A stretch of 49,117 bases of DNA from Acidimicrobiia bacterium (GCA_051011415.1 JBPCTY010000135.1:1-49117); one strand, 5' to 3'; positions 32,345-42,208 are shown, counted from the stretch's first letter. Numbers and translations are program-made. The notes: generated from the sequence alone by a model not told the origin.

Positions 32345-33189
32345 GGGCCGATGCGTATGCGAAGCTGAACCTCGCGCTCGCCGTCTATCCGCGGATGGCA
32401 GACGGCTTCCACCCTTTGCGCGGATTGTTCCAATCGATCTCGCTCGCAGACGTTGTCGCCCTGGAGCCGAATGACGCTGACGAGATCGTCGTGTCGAACC
32501 ATGAGGCGCCGAACGACGAGTCGAATCTCGCATGGCAAGCGTTCGACGCAGTGCGGAGAACGGCGAGAGTGACTCAACCGGCCAGGCTGTCCATCACAAA
32601 GGCGATTCCTGCCGGTGCCGGGCTGGGTGGCGGGTCGGCCGATGCCGCGGCTGTGATCGGTATGGCGAGCGATCGGTTTGGCGTCGGAGCAGACGATCAA
32701 CGGGACATCGCTGAGACTCTCGGCTCGGACGTGCCCTTCTCGCTGGTCGGTGGATCGGCGCTGGTCGAGGGGCGGGGAGAGCGGCTGGCTCCGATGGAGT
32801 CCCTCAAGGGATTCTCGGCGACGATCGTTGCGCCGCCGTTCGCTCTCTCGACGCCTGCCGTGTACGCAAAGTGGGATGAACTCGGAGGACCCGAAGGAGA
32901 GGCCATTCCCGAACAAAGACTTCCGCCGCAGTTGCGAGGCGGGCCCCCGATCCGAAACGATCTGTTTCCTGCAGCAATTGCACTTGATGCAAGGGTGGCT
33001 GAATGGAGAGATGAGCTTGCTGGTCGGTGGGGTGTTCCGGTGATGATGACGGGTTCAGGCTCGGCATTGTTTGGGCTATTTGCGACCGAGTCTGAGGCTG
33101 CTGATGCCGCGTCGTCGGTCACCCTCCCGACGCGCCTCGCCGTCGGGGTGTCGCTTGTCGACGTTGGCTGGCGACGGACCGATGGCTGA
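32341..33189 (+). CDS. ispE: 4-diphosphocytidyl-2-C-methyl-D-erythritol kinase
   Basis: Contains AKLNLAL, IPAGAGLGGGSADAA, LGSDVPF, GRGERL and MTGSGS. Confidence 0.95.
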   Translation: MRADAYAKLNLALAVYPRMADGFHPLRGLFQSISLADVVALEPNDADEIVVSNHEAPNDESNLAWQAFDAVRRTARVTQPARLSITKAIPAGAGLGGGSADAAAVIGMASDRFGVGADDQRDIAETLGSDVPFSLVGGSALVEGRGERLAPMESLKGFSATIVAPPFALSTPAVYAKWDELGGPEGEAIPEQRLPPQLRGGPPIRNDLFPAAIALDARVAEWRDELAGRWGVPVMMTGSGSALFGLFATESEAADAASSVTLPTRLAVGVSLVDVGWRRTDG

Positions 33190-33254
33190 GATTCCAAGGT
33201 CGGCACGGTGTGACATGAGTTTTCGGCTCTACACTTCCGCACCGCATCCCGCGA

Positions 33255-33329
33255 TGGGGGGTGGTGTAATTGGCAGCACAGATGGTTTTGGTCCATCTAG
33301 AACGGGTTCGAGTCCTGTCCCCCCAGCCA
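33255..33329 (+). tRNA. tRNA-Gln (TTG), CCA encoded
   Basis: TGGGGGG/CCCCCCA acceptor stem, anticodon arm GATGG-TTTTGGT-CCATC, T-loop TTCGAGT and 3' GCCA. Confidence 0.96.
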
Positions 33330-33351
33330 ACCAACATGAGGTTGTGATCAC

Positions 33352-34731
33352 ATGAGCGTCGACGTCATCGTCCTCGCTGCCGGCAAAGGAACCCGGATGA
33401 ATACCGGGCTTGCAAAGGTACTCCACGAGGCCGCGGGACGTTCGTTGCTCGGCTGGGCATTGGCTTCGCTCGATTCCATCGACGTCGGCGACATATCGAT
33501 TGTCGTGGGTCATCAAGCTGACGATGTGCGCGACATGTGCCCGCCAACCACCTCGGTGGTGATCCAAGAGCCTCAGGAGGGGACCGGTCACGCCGCGATG
33601 GTGGGGCGCACCGGTCTTAAGGGTGGGGGGACCGACGTCCTGGTTCTCCCTGGAGACATGCCGTTGATAACGGCAGAGACCCTTGCATCACTCGTGGCTG
33701 ATCATCAACAGTCAAACGCTGCGGCAACCGTGCTTTCGGTGAGGGTCGAAGATCCATACGGCTACGGGCGGATCGTGCGAGACAACGGCGACGTCACCGG
33801 GATTGTCGAGGAACGCGATGCTACGGACGATCAGCGAGGCATTGATGAGGTCAATACCTCGGTGTATGTCTTCAACGCCGAAGCTCTTGAGAAGGGGCTG
33901 TCGAGAATCTCGAACGACAACGCTCAGGGCGAGTACTACCTGACCGACGTCATCGGCGAACTCAGAGCCGACGGCTTGACCGTCGGCGCCGTCATCGGCG
34001 ACGCCGTTGAGGGACACGGGGTCAACACCCAGGCTCAGCTCGCTGAAGCCGCTGCGATCCTCCGGTCCAGAATCAATGCCGAGCTTCTCGATGCCGGCGT
34101 GTGGATGCTCGACCCGTCGCGGGTGTACATCGATGCGACTGCGACCGTTGCACCCGGCGCACGGCTCTTTCCGGACACCTACCTGCGGGGAGCGAGTTCT
34201 GTGGCCTCTGGGGCAGAGGTCGGACCACATGTTCAGCTGGAGGACACGACGGTTGCCGCAGGGGCGACCATCCAGAACGCAGTTGCAATCTCGGCAGAGG
34301 TCGGGGAGCAAGCGACGGTTGGGCCGTTTGCATATCTGCGACCCGGGACCGTGCTCAAGGCAAACGCAAAGGTCGGCACATATGTAGAGGTGAAGGGTTC
34401 CGAGATCGGACAAGGTTCGAAGATTCCTCACCTCAGCTACATCGGGGATGCCTCCATCGGAGCAGGTTCGAACGTTGGCGCTGGCACGATCACCGTCAAC
34501 TACGACGGTTACGCAAAGCACAAGACGCAGATAGGTGACAACGTGAGAATCGGTTCTGACACGATGCTGGTTGCTCCCGTGTCGATCGGTAACGATGCCT
34601 TCACGGGCGCCGGGAGTGTCATCACCGAGGATGTTCCCGAAGGTGCACTTGCAGTTGAGCGCACGCCACAGAAGAATGTGGACGGGTACGCGGACAAACG
34701 TCGAAGACGTGCGGAAGGGAACGAAAGCTGA
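33352..34731 (+). CDS. glmU: Bifunctional UDP-GlcNAc diphosphorylase/glucosamine-1-P acetyltransferase
   Basis: Contains LAAGKGTRM, GTGHA, GYGRIVR, EYYLTD, hexapeptide repeats, HLSYIGDA and NYDG. Confidence 0.97.
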   Translation: MSVDVIVLAAGKGTRMNTGLAKVLHEAAGRSLLGWALASLDSIDVGDISIVVGHQADDVRDMCPPTTSVVIQEPQEGTGHAAMVGRTGLKGGGTDVLVLPGDMPLITAETLASLVADHQQSNAAATVLSVRVEDPYGYGRIVRDNGDVTGIVEERDATDDQRGIDEVNTSVYVFNAEALEKGLSRISNDNAQGEYYLTDVIGELRADGLTVGAVIGDAVEGHGVNTQAQLAEAAAILRSRINAELLDAGVWMLDPSRVYIDATATVAPGARLFPDTYLRGASSVASGAEVGPHVQLEDTTVAAGATIQNAVAISAEVGEQATVGPFAYLRPGTVLKANAKVGTYVEVKGSEIGQGSKIPHLSYIGDASIGAGSNVGAGTITVNYDGYAKHKTQIGDNVRIGSDTMLVAPVSIGNDAFTGAGSVITEDVPEGALAVERTPQKNVDGYADKRRRRAEGNES

Positions 34732-35702
34732 TGGAACGTCCTGGGCGAAAACGCCTGATGCTGTTCTCTGGTTCGGCCAATCCAGATCTCGCCGAAGAGG
34801 TCGCAAAACTGCTCGATGTTGAGCTCGGTGGCGTGGAGCACGGCAAGTTCGCCGACGGCGAGCTCTATGTGCGCTTCACCGAGTCCGTTCGCGGAGCAGA
34901 CTGCTTTGTGATTCAAAGCCATAGCGCTCCGATCAATGAGCACATCATGCAACAGCTGATCATGATCGATGCACTCAAGCGGGCGTCGGCAAAGCGAATC
35001 ACTGCGGTGATGCCTTTCTATGGCTACGCACGACAAGACAAGAAGGGCAGACCACGCGAGCCGATTACCGCCAAGATGATGGGCGATCTGTTCATGACTG
35101 CTGGTGCTGATCGCATTGCATCGGTGGATCTACACACCGGTCAGGTCCAGGGCTACATCGATGCGCCATTTGATTCGCTCACGGCGCTGCCTCTCTTCGA
35201 AGAGCATCTCACGAACCGGATCGACGGACCCATCACCTTTGTGTCACCTGACTCTGGCGGTGTGAAGCGTGCGACGCGGTTTGCAGCGCATCTCGATGCA
35301 GAGGTCGCTTTCGTCTACAAGCGTCGTCGCACAGATGTCCGGAACCAGGTCGATGCCCAACAGGTCGTTGGTGAGGTTGAAGGCACACATTGCGTCATCG
35401 TCGACGACATCATTGACACAGCGGGGACCGTTGTCGCATCCGCCGAGTTGCTGATCGAGAAGGGCGCCCTATCGGTGATGGTGATGGCAACCCACGGAGT
35501 GCTCTCTGGTCCCGCAGTGGAACGTCTTGCGGCTTCACCATTTAGCGAGATCGTGATCACCAATACGTTGCCGGTTAGACCTGAGGCGCTTGCGCTGCCG
35601 AACCTCACGGTGTTGTCGGTTGCGCCGCTTGTGGCCGGAACTATCGAGGCGATCTTCAACGACCAATCCGTGAGCGAGATCTTCAAGGGCGAGAACACCT
35701 GA
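34731..35702 (+). CDS. prs: Ribose-phosphate pyrophosphokinase
   Basis: Contains FADGE, YGYARQDKK, DLH, SPDSGG and IVDDIIDTAGT. Confidence 0.97.
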   Translation: MERPGRKRLMLFSGSANPDLAEEVAKLLDVELGGVEHGKFADGELYVRFTESVRGADCFVIQSHSAPINEHIMQQLIMIDALKRASAKRITAVMPFYGYARQDKKGRPREPITAKMMGDLFMTAGADRIASVDLHTGQVQGYIDAPFDSLTALPLFEEHLTNRIDGPITFVSPDSGGVKRATRFAAHLDAEVAFVYKRRRTDVRNQVDAQQVVGEVEGTHCVIVDDIIDTAGTVVASAELLIEKGALSVMVMATHGVLSGPAVERLAASPFSEIVITNTLPVRPEALALPNLTVLSVAPLVAGTIEAIFNDQSVSEIFKGENT

Positions 35703-35734
35703 CAGCCAACGGTTCCGCCATTGCCCCCGAGGTT

Positions 35735-37393
35735 GTGTCGGCCACGGTTGCGGTTGGGTTCCACGGCTTTCGGTCCCGGTTCAGATCTGCGACCCGGCGT
35801 GCGAATGCACGGTTCGAAGCGCGCGACTGGGCTTCGCTTCGGAGAGATCATCTGGATCGAATGGATGCTTACGGTGACGCCGTCGATGCCACGCTCGATG
35901 CCCTTGCAGGCGCGGGGGTCACGTCTGCACACCGAGAGTCTTGGGCCAGCGCCAAGTCGCTGTACCGCGACGAAGTATCGACAGAACCGTTCCCGGAGAT
36001 TGCGGAGACATTCTTCAACTCGGTGACCCGACGGATGTTCGACACCAAAGGAACAGATGCCCGCGTTGAGTTCCTGTCATCGGAGGCGCAGCCGGCAGCG
36101 GAGGGTGACGAGATCACTCGTGTGTATTCGTACGACGGCAATCGACGCGAGCTGCTGGCTGCCCTCTTGAGAGATTGTCGATTTCAGGCAACGTGGGCAG
36201 ATCTTCCCGGCGATCTCGACGAAGGCGCTGGACGCCTACCGGACGTCGAGGGAACGGTGGAGGTGTGCAACGCGCTGTTCTTCAGGGGAAAGGGTGCATA
36301 CGTCGTGGGGCGCTTCGTATCAGCAACTGCGGCTATCCCGTTTGCTCTGGCGATCAGACATGGGAGAAGCGGGCTACGGCTTGGCGCCGTGCTTGTCGGA
36401 GAAGGCGATCTGGCAATCCTGTTCTCGTATACGCGGGCTGCCTTTCTCGTCGACTCATCCTCGCCTTCTGCCCTCGTTGCGTTTCTCTGGCAGCTTCTTC
36501 CCGGTCGACGTCGCTACGAGGTCTTTGCATCGATCGGTTTCCGCAAGCAGGCGAAGACGGAGAACTTCAGGGAGCTTGCATCCCATATGTCCTCGAGCGA
36601 CGACCGGTTCGTGTTCACCCCAGGGGTACCGGGTCTTGTGATGATCGTCTTCACTCTCGAGTCATACGACGTTGTGTTCAAGGTCATCAGAGACCGGTTT
36701 CCACCGCAGAAGACAGTCACTCCTCCACAGGTGAAGGAGCGATATCGGCTCGTGAACAGACACGATCGGGCGGGCCGGCTCGTGGAAGCCCAGCGCTTCA
36801 TTGATCTTCGACTACCGAAGAGTGCATTCGATGTTCACCTGCTATCGGATCTTCTTGAGAATGCATCACGCACAGCGACGATCGATGGAGAGGATCTGCT
36901 CCTGTCGCTTGTGTACGTGGAGCGTCAGGTCATACCGTTGGATGTGTTTGTTCGCTCGGCATCAGTTGAAGAGGCAAGCGAGGCCCTCATCGACTACGGG
37001 GACGCCATCAAGAACCTCGCGGCGTCGAACATCTTTCCTGGTGACATGCTGCTCAAGAATTTCGGCGTAACGAACAGGGGTCGAGTGGTCTTCTATGACT
37101 ACGACGAGATCGGTTTGGTCACCGATCTACGTTTTCGCAGCTTCCCACAACTCGACGAACCGAACGATGCGATGTCTGTGACACCGGCGTTCGGCGTTGG
37201 GCCCAACGATGTGTTTCCAGAGGAGCTTCCTCGGTTTCTCGGTTTGTCCGGTGCGAAGCTCGAAACGCTGTACGACTATCACGCAGATCTCTTCGACACC
37301 GAGTTCTGGGAGCATGTGCAAGCTCGGTTGCAATCGGGTGAGATCATCGAGATTCTTCCGTATCGCAGGTCAAGAGCACTGGAGCAAAGGTGA
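35735..37393 (+). CDS. aceK: Isocitrate dehydrogenase kinase/phosphatase
   Basis: Contains EIAETFFNSV, FFRGKGAY.VG, FSYTRA, PG..GLVM.VF, VFKVIRDRF and NIFPGDMLLKNFGVT..GRVVFYDYDEI. The start may instead be CTG at 35699. Confidence 0.93.
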   Translation: MSATVAVGFHGFRSRFRSATRRANARFEARDWASLRRDHLDRMDAYGDAVDATLDALAGAGVTSAHRESWASAKSLYRDEVSTEPFPEIAETFFNSVTRRMFDTKGTDARVEFLSSEAQPAAEGDEITRVYSYDGNRRELLAALLRDCRFQATWADLPGDLDEGAGRLPDVEGTVEVCNALFFRGKGAYVVGRFVSATAAIPFALAIRHGRSGLRLGAVLVGEGDLAILFSYTRAAFLVDSSSPSALVAFLWQLLPGRRRYEVFASIGFRKQAKTENFRELASHMSSSDDRFVFTPGVPGLVMIVFTLESYDVVFKVIRDRFPPQKTVTPPQVKERYRLVNRHDRAGRLVEAQRFIDLRLPKSAFDVHLLSDLLENASRTATIDGEDLLLSLVYVERQVIPLDVFVRSASVEEASEALIDYGDAIKNLAASNIFPGDMLLKNFGVTNRGRVVFYDYDEIGLVTDLRFRSFPQLDEPNDAMSVTPAFGVGPNDVFPEELPRFLGLSGAKLETLYDYHADLFDTEFWEHVQARLQSGEIIEILPYRRSRALEQR

Positions 37394-37797
37394 AGACAGA
37401 GACTCATCGGATAGCAACAGGACGTTCCAAGCGCGTCGTGGACCTCACCGGCGATGCTACGGCCTTCGTCCGTGGTGAAGGCGACGGCTTGCTCAACGTG
37501 TTCGTGCCGCACGCCACCGCGGGGGTCGCGATACTCGAGGTCGGCGCAGGGTCCGATGCCGATCTTCTGGATGCCGTTGAGCGGTTGCTCCCCTCTGACG
37601 ACGGCCTCTACCGCCATCGTCACGGAACGCCCGGGCACGGCGCTGATCATGTGCTTCCCGCATGGGTCGCTCCATCGATCGTGGTGCCTGTCATCGATGG
37701 TCAGATGGCTCTCGGGACTTGGCAGTCGGTGGTTCTCGTCGACACCAACGTGGACAATCCGGAGAGGACCGTTCGGTTCAGCTTGCTGTCGCCCTAG
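37390..37797 (+). CDS. YjbQ (UPF0047) family protein
   Basis: Contains VPHATAG, Y.H.H...GHGADH and LGTWQSV...D. Confidence 0.92.
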   Translation: MKTETHRIATGRSKRVVDLTGDATAFVRGEGDGLLNVFVPHATAGVAILEVGAGSDADLLDAVERLLPSDDGLYRHRHGTPGHGADHVLPAWVAPSIVVPVIDGQMALGTWQSVVLVDTNVDNPERTVRFSLLSP

Positions 37798-37902
37798 CTC
37801 TGGACACACGTGCACCTCGCTTGCAATGCCCCTGTCAACTGTGTGGGTCTTTCGTTACACTTTCGCTCTGACTTCACCTGATTCTTTTGTGAGGAGTACC
37901 CC

Positions 37903-38565
37903 ATGCAGCAGGAGAGCCTGCAGGCAACAAAGCGCGTGACCTCAGGGACACGTGCATCGAAGCGTCTCCGCCGTGATGGCCGTGTGCCAGGCGTCTTGTA
38001 CGGAACAACCGTTGAGCCGGTTGCGGTACATGTCTCGGACCGCGATCTCTATTCAGTTCTGCACACCGAGGCCGGGCTCAACGCCATTATCGAGGTGGAT
38101 GTTGAAGGCAATGCGGTCCTGACCGTTGCCAGAGAGATACAGCGGCACCCCGTACGCGGAGAGATCCAGCACCTTGACTTCATCGAGGTTCGTATGGACA
38201 CCGAGATTGAGGCTGAGGTCGGTGTCGAGTACACCGGTCTGCCAATCGCTGTCCGTGACGAGGGAGCTCTTGTCGAGACGCTCGAAGCGAGCATCACGAT
38301 TTCTGCACTCCCAACTGCGATCCCGTCATCGATCGAAGTCAGTATCGAGGACATGACGCTCGGCGACACACTCACCATTTCAGACCTACCTGTCATCGAG
38401 GGCGTGACGTACATCGCTGAACAGGATCATCCGTTGCTCACGATTGTGCTGCCTGCAGCTGAGATCGAAGAGCCGGTTGACGAGCTCGAAGAGGGCGAAG
38501 AAGGCGAAGAGGGTGCCGAGGGCGACGAGGACGGCGCCGAAGGCGAAGCAGAGGACGAGGGCTGA
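37903..38565 (+). CDS. rplY: 50S ribosomal protein bL25 (Ctc form)
   Basis: Contains SKRLRRDGRVPGVLYG, QRHPV and HLDF, plus an acidic tail. RBS GAGGAG. Confidence 0.95.
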   Translation: MQQESLQATKRVTSGTRASKRLRRDGRVPGVLYGTTVEPVAVHVSDRDLYSVLHTEAGLNAIIEVDVEGNAVLTVAREIQRHPVRGEIQHLDFIEVRMDTEIEAEVGVEYTGLPIAVRDEGALVETLEASITISALPTAIPSSIEVSIEDMTLGDTLTISDLPVIEGVTYIAEQDHPLLTIVLPAAEIEEPVDELEEGEEGEEGAEGDEDGAEGEAEDEG

Positions 38566-39149
38566 CGCTCTCAACCTGCCTCATTGCGGGACTCCGGAAC
38601 CCGGGGTCGACGTACGACGGTACCCGACACAACATCGGTGCAGTCGCCGTTGAACGGTTTGTCTCATCTCATGACGGCTCGTGGAAACGCGCCCGTCAGG
38701 GCATCCGTGCCGAAGTTGCTGAACTCAATCTCAGAGGAGTCCGCACTGTCGCGGTGCTTCCGACGACATCCATGAACGAGTCGGGTCAGGCTATTGCGCC
38801 ACTTGTGCGGTACTACGGCGTCGATCTGGACCGGATCCTGATTCTTCATGACGATATCGATGTTCCTTTTGCGAAGCTGAAGGTCCAGTGGTCACGCGGC
38901 CATGCCGGCAACAACGGGGTGAGGTCGACCATCGGAAGCCTCGGGAGCGGTGACTTCTGGAGGCTGAAGATCGGAGTGGGGAGACCACATGGGAAGACAG
39001 ATCCTGCGGATTTCGTTCTCTCTCGGTTCGCAAAATCAGAACGCGAGGACATTGGCGTGACGGTGTACCGTGCGGCTGATGTCGTCGATCAGTTTGTGAC
39101 TGAGGGCGGGGAGAACGCACGGCAATATGCCGGCGAACAGAATTCCTGA
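38562..39149 (+). CDS. pth: Peptidyl-tRNA hydrolase (probable non-canonical CTG start)
   Basis: LIAGLRNPGSTYDGTRHNIG (from 38580) is in frame with MNESG, HDDID, GNNGVRS, RLKIGVGRP and DFVL. No ATG/GTG/TTG occurs between the in-frame stop at 38478 and 38754. Confidence 0.9.
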   Translation: MTLSTCLIAGLRNPGSTYDGTRHNIGAVAVERFVSSHDGSWKRARQGIRAEVAELNLRGVRTVAVLPTTSMNESGQAIAPLVRYYGVDLDRILILHDDIDVPFAKLKVQWSRGHAGNNGVRSTIGSLGSGDFWRLKIGVGRPHGKTDPADFVLSRFAKSEREDIGVTVYRAADVVDQFVTEGGENARQYAGEQNS

Positions 39150-39169
39150 CCGACCGAGGAGGGCCGAGC

Positions 39170-40648
39170 ATGGCGTACGTTGGTGCGATAGATCAAGGAA
39201 CCACCAGTACGCGTTTCGTGATCGTCGACGATTCAGGCCGGTTTGTCTCCATGAGCCAGATGGAGCACACGCAGTTCCTGCCGCAGCCGGGCTGGGTTGA
39301 GCATGATGCCGAAGAGATCTGGCGGAATACAGAATCTGTAGTCCGCGGTGCGCTGGACGAGGCAGGTCTGACAGCCGAGGACCTGGCGGCTGTTGGAATC
39401 ACGAACCAGCGCGAAACCACGGTCATCTGGGATCGCGAAACCGGGATGCCCGTGGCCCCAGCCATCGTGTGGCAGGACACAAGGACCGCACGCATTGCGA
39501 GGGACCTCAATGCGGCTTCCGGAGAAAAGATCAGACAGATCACGGGGCTGCCGCCAGCGACCTACTTCGCCGGGCCGAAGGTTCGCTGGATGCTCGAGAA
39601 TGACGATGCAATCCGTGACCTCGCGGATGTGGGCCGTATTGCCTTTGGCACCATCGACTCATGGCTTGCCTTCAAGCTCACCGGGCTACATATCACCGAC
39701 GTCACGAACGCAAGCCGGACCATGCTCATGGACCTTGCAACCCTCAAGTGGGATGCTGGTCTATGCGATCTGGTGGGTATCCCGATGTCGATGCTTCCGG
39801 AGATCGTTCCTTCTATTGGCACCATGGGGGAGTGCACCGGAGTCCTGCAAGGTGCGCCGCTCGCATGCATGCTCGGAGACCAGCACGCAGCCCTGTTTGG
39901 CCAGGCAGGATTCGACGTCGGTGCAACCAAGGTGACGTACGGGACCGGAGCGTTTCTCGTAGCGAACACGGGTCATGAGATTGTCAGGTCCGATGAGGGA
40001 CTTCTCACCACGGTTGCGTTTCAAATCTCCGGTCAGGCGGCCACCTACGCCCTCGAAGGTTCGGTGGCTGTCGCAGGGTCCGGGGTGCAATGGCTCCGAG
40101 ACCAGCTTGGGCTGATTTCCGAGGCGCCGGAGGTTGAGGAGCTTGCGGCGACGGTCGACGACAACGGCGATGTGTTTTTTGTCCCCGCGTTCAGTGGGCT
40201 GTTCGCACCGTACTGGCGCGACGACGCCCGTGCCGTCCTCGTCGGCATGACCCGGTTCTCCAACAAGGGTCACATTGCGAGAGCTGTGCTCGAGTCGACA
40301 GCCTTTCAGGTTCGTGATGTGCTTGCGGCGATGGAGAGGGACACTGGGGTCACGCTCGACGAGATTCGGGTCGACGGCGGCATGGTTGAGAACGACATGT
40401 TGATGCAGTTCCAAGCCGACATCCTTGACATTGACGTGGTCGTGCCGCAGGTGACCGAGACCACGGTGCTCGGCGCCGCATATGGCGCAGGGATCGCTGC
40501 CGGGGTTTGGAAGGATGAGCACGCAGTGGCACAACAGTGGAGGGAAGCCTCAAGGGTGCAACCCACAATGGGTGATGCCGATCGATCTGTCCTGGTGCGA
40601 GGTTGGGAGAAGGCGATTGACCGATCCCTTGGCTGGGTCGAAGAGTAA
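39170..40648 (+). CDS. glpK: Glycerol kinase
   Basis: Contains AIDQGTTSTR, GITNQRETT, WQDTRT, TDVTNASRT, GDQHAALFGQ, VPAFSGLFAPYW and VDGG. Confidence 0.97.
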   Translation: MAYVGAIDQGTTSTRFVIVDDSGRFVSMSQMEHTQFLPQPGWVEHDAEEIWRNTESVVRGALDEAGLTAEDLAAVGITNQRETTVIWDRETGMPVAPAIVWQDTRTARIARDLNAASGEKIRQITGLPPATYFAGPKVRWMLENDDAIRDLADVGRIAFGTIDSWLAFKLTGLHITDVTNASRTMLMDLATLKWDAGLCDLVGIPMSMLPEIVPSIGTMGECTGVLQGAPLACMLGDQHAALFGQAGFDVGATKVTYGTGAFLVANTGHEIVRSDEGLLTTVAFQISGQAATYALEGSVAVAGSGVQWLRDQLGLISEAPEVEELAATVDDNGDVFFVPAFSGLFAPYWRDDARAVLVGMTRFSNKGHIARAVLESTAFQVRDVLAAMERDTGVTLDEIRVDGGMVENDMLMQFQADILDIDVVVPQVTETTVLGAAYGAGIAAGVWKDEHAVAQQWREASRVQPTMGDADRSVLVRGWEKAIDRSLGWVEE

Positions 40649-40683
40649 GACCCAAGGATCGGGCCAGCGATAGGCTCACCCCG

Positions 40684-41238
40684 ATGTCAATTCCGAACCT
40701 GCTTGCGATTCTGCGCCTCATTCTCACGGTTGTCGTAATCGCAATGGTTCTTGCGTCACCAGGCAACCGTGCGATGGCAGTCGCGGCCACCGTGGTATTT
40801 GTTATCGCAGCGCTTACCGACTTCGCCGATGGGTACCTCGCACGCCGGTGGAAGATCGCTACAACTCTTGGTGCGTTCCTCGACACCGTTGCTGACAAGA
40901 TCCTTGTCGCTGGAGCGCTCCTTGCGCTTGTCGAGATCGGAACGGTCAGCAGCTGGGTTGCGTTCATCATCATCGGTAGGGAGATCGCGATCATGGGTCT
41001 TCGATCCGTCGCGGCTCTCGACTCGTCGACAGTTCCTCCGTCGATCTGGGGCAAGTGGAAAGCGACTATTCAGTTCGTCGCGATCTCGCTTGCGATACTT
41101 CATCTCGACATCGTGCTCGGCCCGTGGCGTCTCGACCAATGGGCAATGGCGCTCGCCGTCGTGGTAACGGTGCTGTCGGCCGGCGACTACTTCTCGCGGT
41201 TCAGGTCGGTCTTCAGCCGCATGGACAAGGATGACTGA
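40684..41238 (+). CDS. pgsA: CDP-diacylglycerol--glycerol-3-phosphate 3-phosphatidyltransferase
   Basis: Contains IPN.L..LR, TDFADGYLAR, LGAFLDTVADK, IGRE and GKWKA..Q. Confidence 0.88.
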   Translation: MSIPNLLAILRLILTVVVIAMVLASPGNRAMAVAATVVFVIAALTDFADGYLARRWKIATTLGAFLDTVADKILVAGALLALVEIGTVSSWVAFIIIGREIAIMGLRSVAALDSSTVPPSIWGKWKATIQFVAISLAILHLDIVLGPWRLDQWAMALAVVVTVLSAGDYFSRFRSVFSRMDKDD

Positions 41239-42208
41239 AGCCACGATCACCGGTGCCTCCGGCATCGTTGGAAGCCACCTCGCATCGACACTTGTCGAGC
41301 AGGGTCGCACTGTGAAGGCGATCGTGCGGAGTGATGCAGCCGCGTCGATCGTTGCTGAGCTTGGTGCCGATCCAGTAGTCGTTGACCTCTTCGATCATGA
41401 CGGCTTGCGTGACGCGTTGTGGGGCTCGCCGATCCTCTTTCATGTTGCAGGGGTCAATCAAGCCTGTGCCAAGGATCCGAGTTCGATGGACCATGTCAAC
41501 ATTGGTGGAACACGATCTGTCGTCGAAGCCGCTGCGGACGCCGGCGTTGGGAGGGTGGTGTACACGTCGTCGGCTGCCGTGATCGGTGAGCCCCAAGGCA
41601 CAGTCGGACATGAGGGGACTGCACACACAGGGGAGTTCCTTTCGCCCTACGCACGCTCGAAGTATCTCGCTGAGAATGCCGCGTTCGAGACAGCAGCGTC
41701 GACTGGGGTTGACCTTGTGGCTGTGAACCCTTCATCGGTACAGGGTCCCGGTCGATCGACGGGATCTGCACGAATCCTGATCCACGCGTTGTCGAAGCCC
41801 AAGCCGTGGCTCGTTGACACCAAGGTTTCGATTGTTGACATACGAGACTGTTCGGCTGGCCATATCGCTGCGGCAGAACATGGCCGAACGGGAGAGCGCT
41901 ATCTGCTTTCGGGTGCAACGATCAGCGTGAAGGATGCGGTTGAGCTTGCACAGGGAATTGCTGGATCGGTGATTGAGCCGAGGTGGATCTCCCTCAGCAC
42001 GCTTACAACTTGGGGTGGCATGGCCGCTGGTGTGGCCCATCTCCTCAAACCGAACAGCGACATCTGTCCTGCGCTCATTCGAACGTTGTCACACGGCCAC
42101 CGGTTCGACGCCTCGAAGTCCGAGCGCGACCTCGGCCTCCGATACACACCGATCTCGAACACGTTCCAGCGCACAATCGACTGGTTTTCAGAGGAAGGCC
42201 TCATCTAG
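41231..42208 (+). CDS. NAD-dependent epimerase/dehydratase (dihydroflavonol reductase-like SDR)
   Basis: Contains TGASGIVG, FHVAG, YTSS, YARSK and GERYLL. Confidence 0.88.
   Translation: MTEATITGASGIVGSHLASTLVEQGRTVKAIVRSDAAASIVAELGADPVVVDLFDHDGLRDALWGSPILFHVAGVNQACAKDPSSMDHVNIGGTRSVVEAAADAGVGRVVYTSSAAVIGEPQGTVGHEGTAHTGEFLSPYARSKYLAENAAFETAASTGVDLVAVNPSSVQGPGRSTGSARILIHALSKPKPWLVDTKVSIVDIRDCSAGHIAAAEHGRTGERYLLSGATISVKDAVELAQGIAGSVIEPRWISLSTLTTWGGMAAGVAHLLKPNSDICPALIRTLSHGHRFDASKSERDLGLRYTPISNTFQRTIDWFSEEGLI

Noticed and set aside
33712-34806. Long antisense/alternative-frame ORFs (for example 33712-34806, 42502-43692, 20800-21804, 16699-17604)
   Set aside because: These are shadow ORFs of well-supported genes, expected in GC-rich DNA, and carry no recognisable motifs.
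38479-38562. GARGGC-type repeats at the end of rplY
   Set aside because: This is an ordinary low-complexity acidic tail of Ctc-type bL25.
38562-39149. pth as a pseudogene or frameshift
   Set aside because: The frame is uninterrupted through all conserved motifs; only the start codon is non-canonical.
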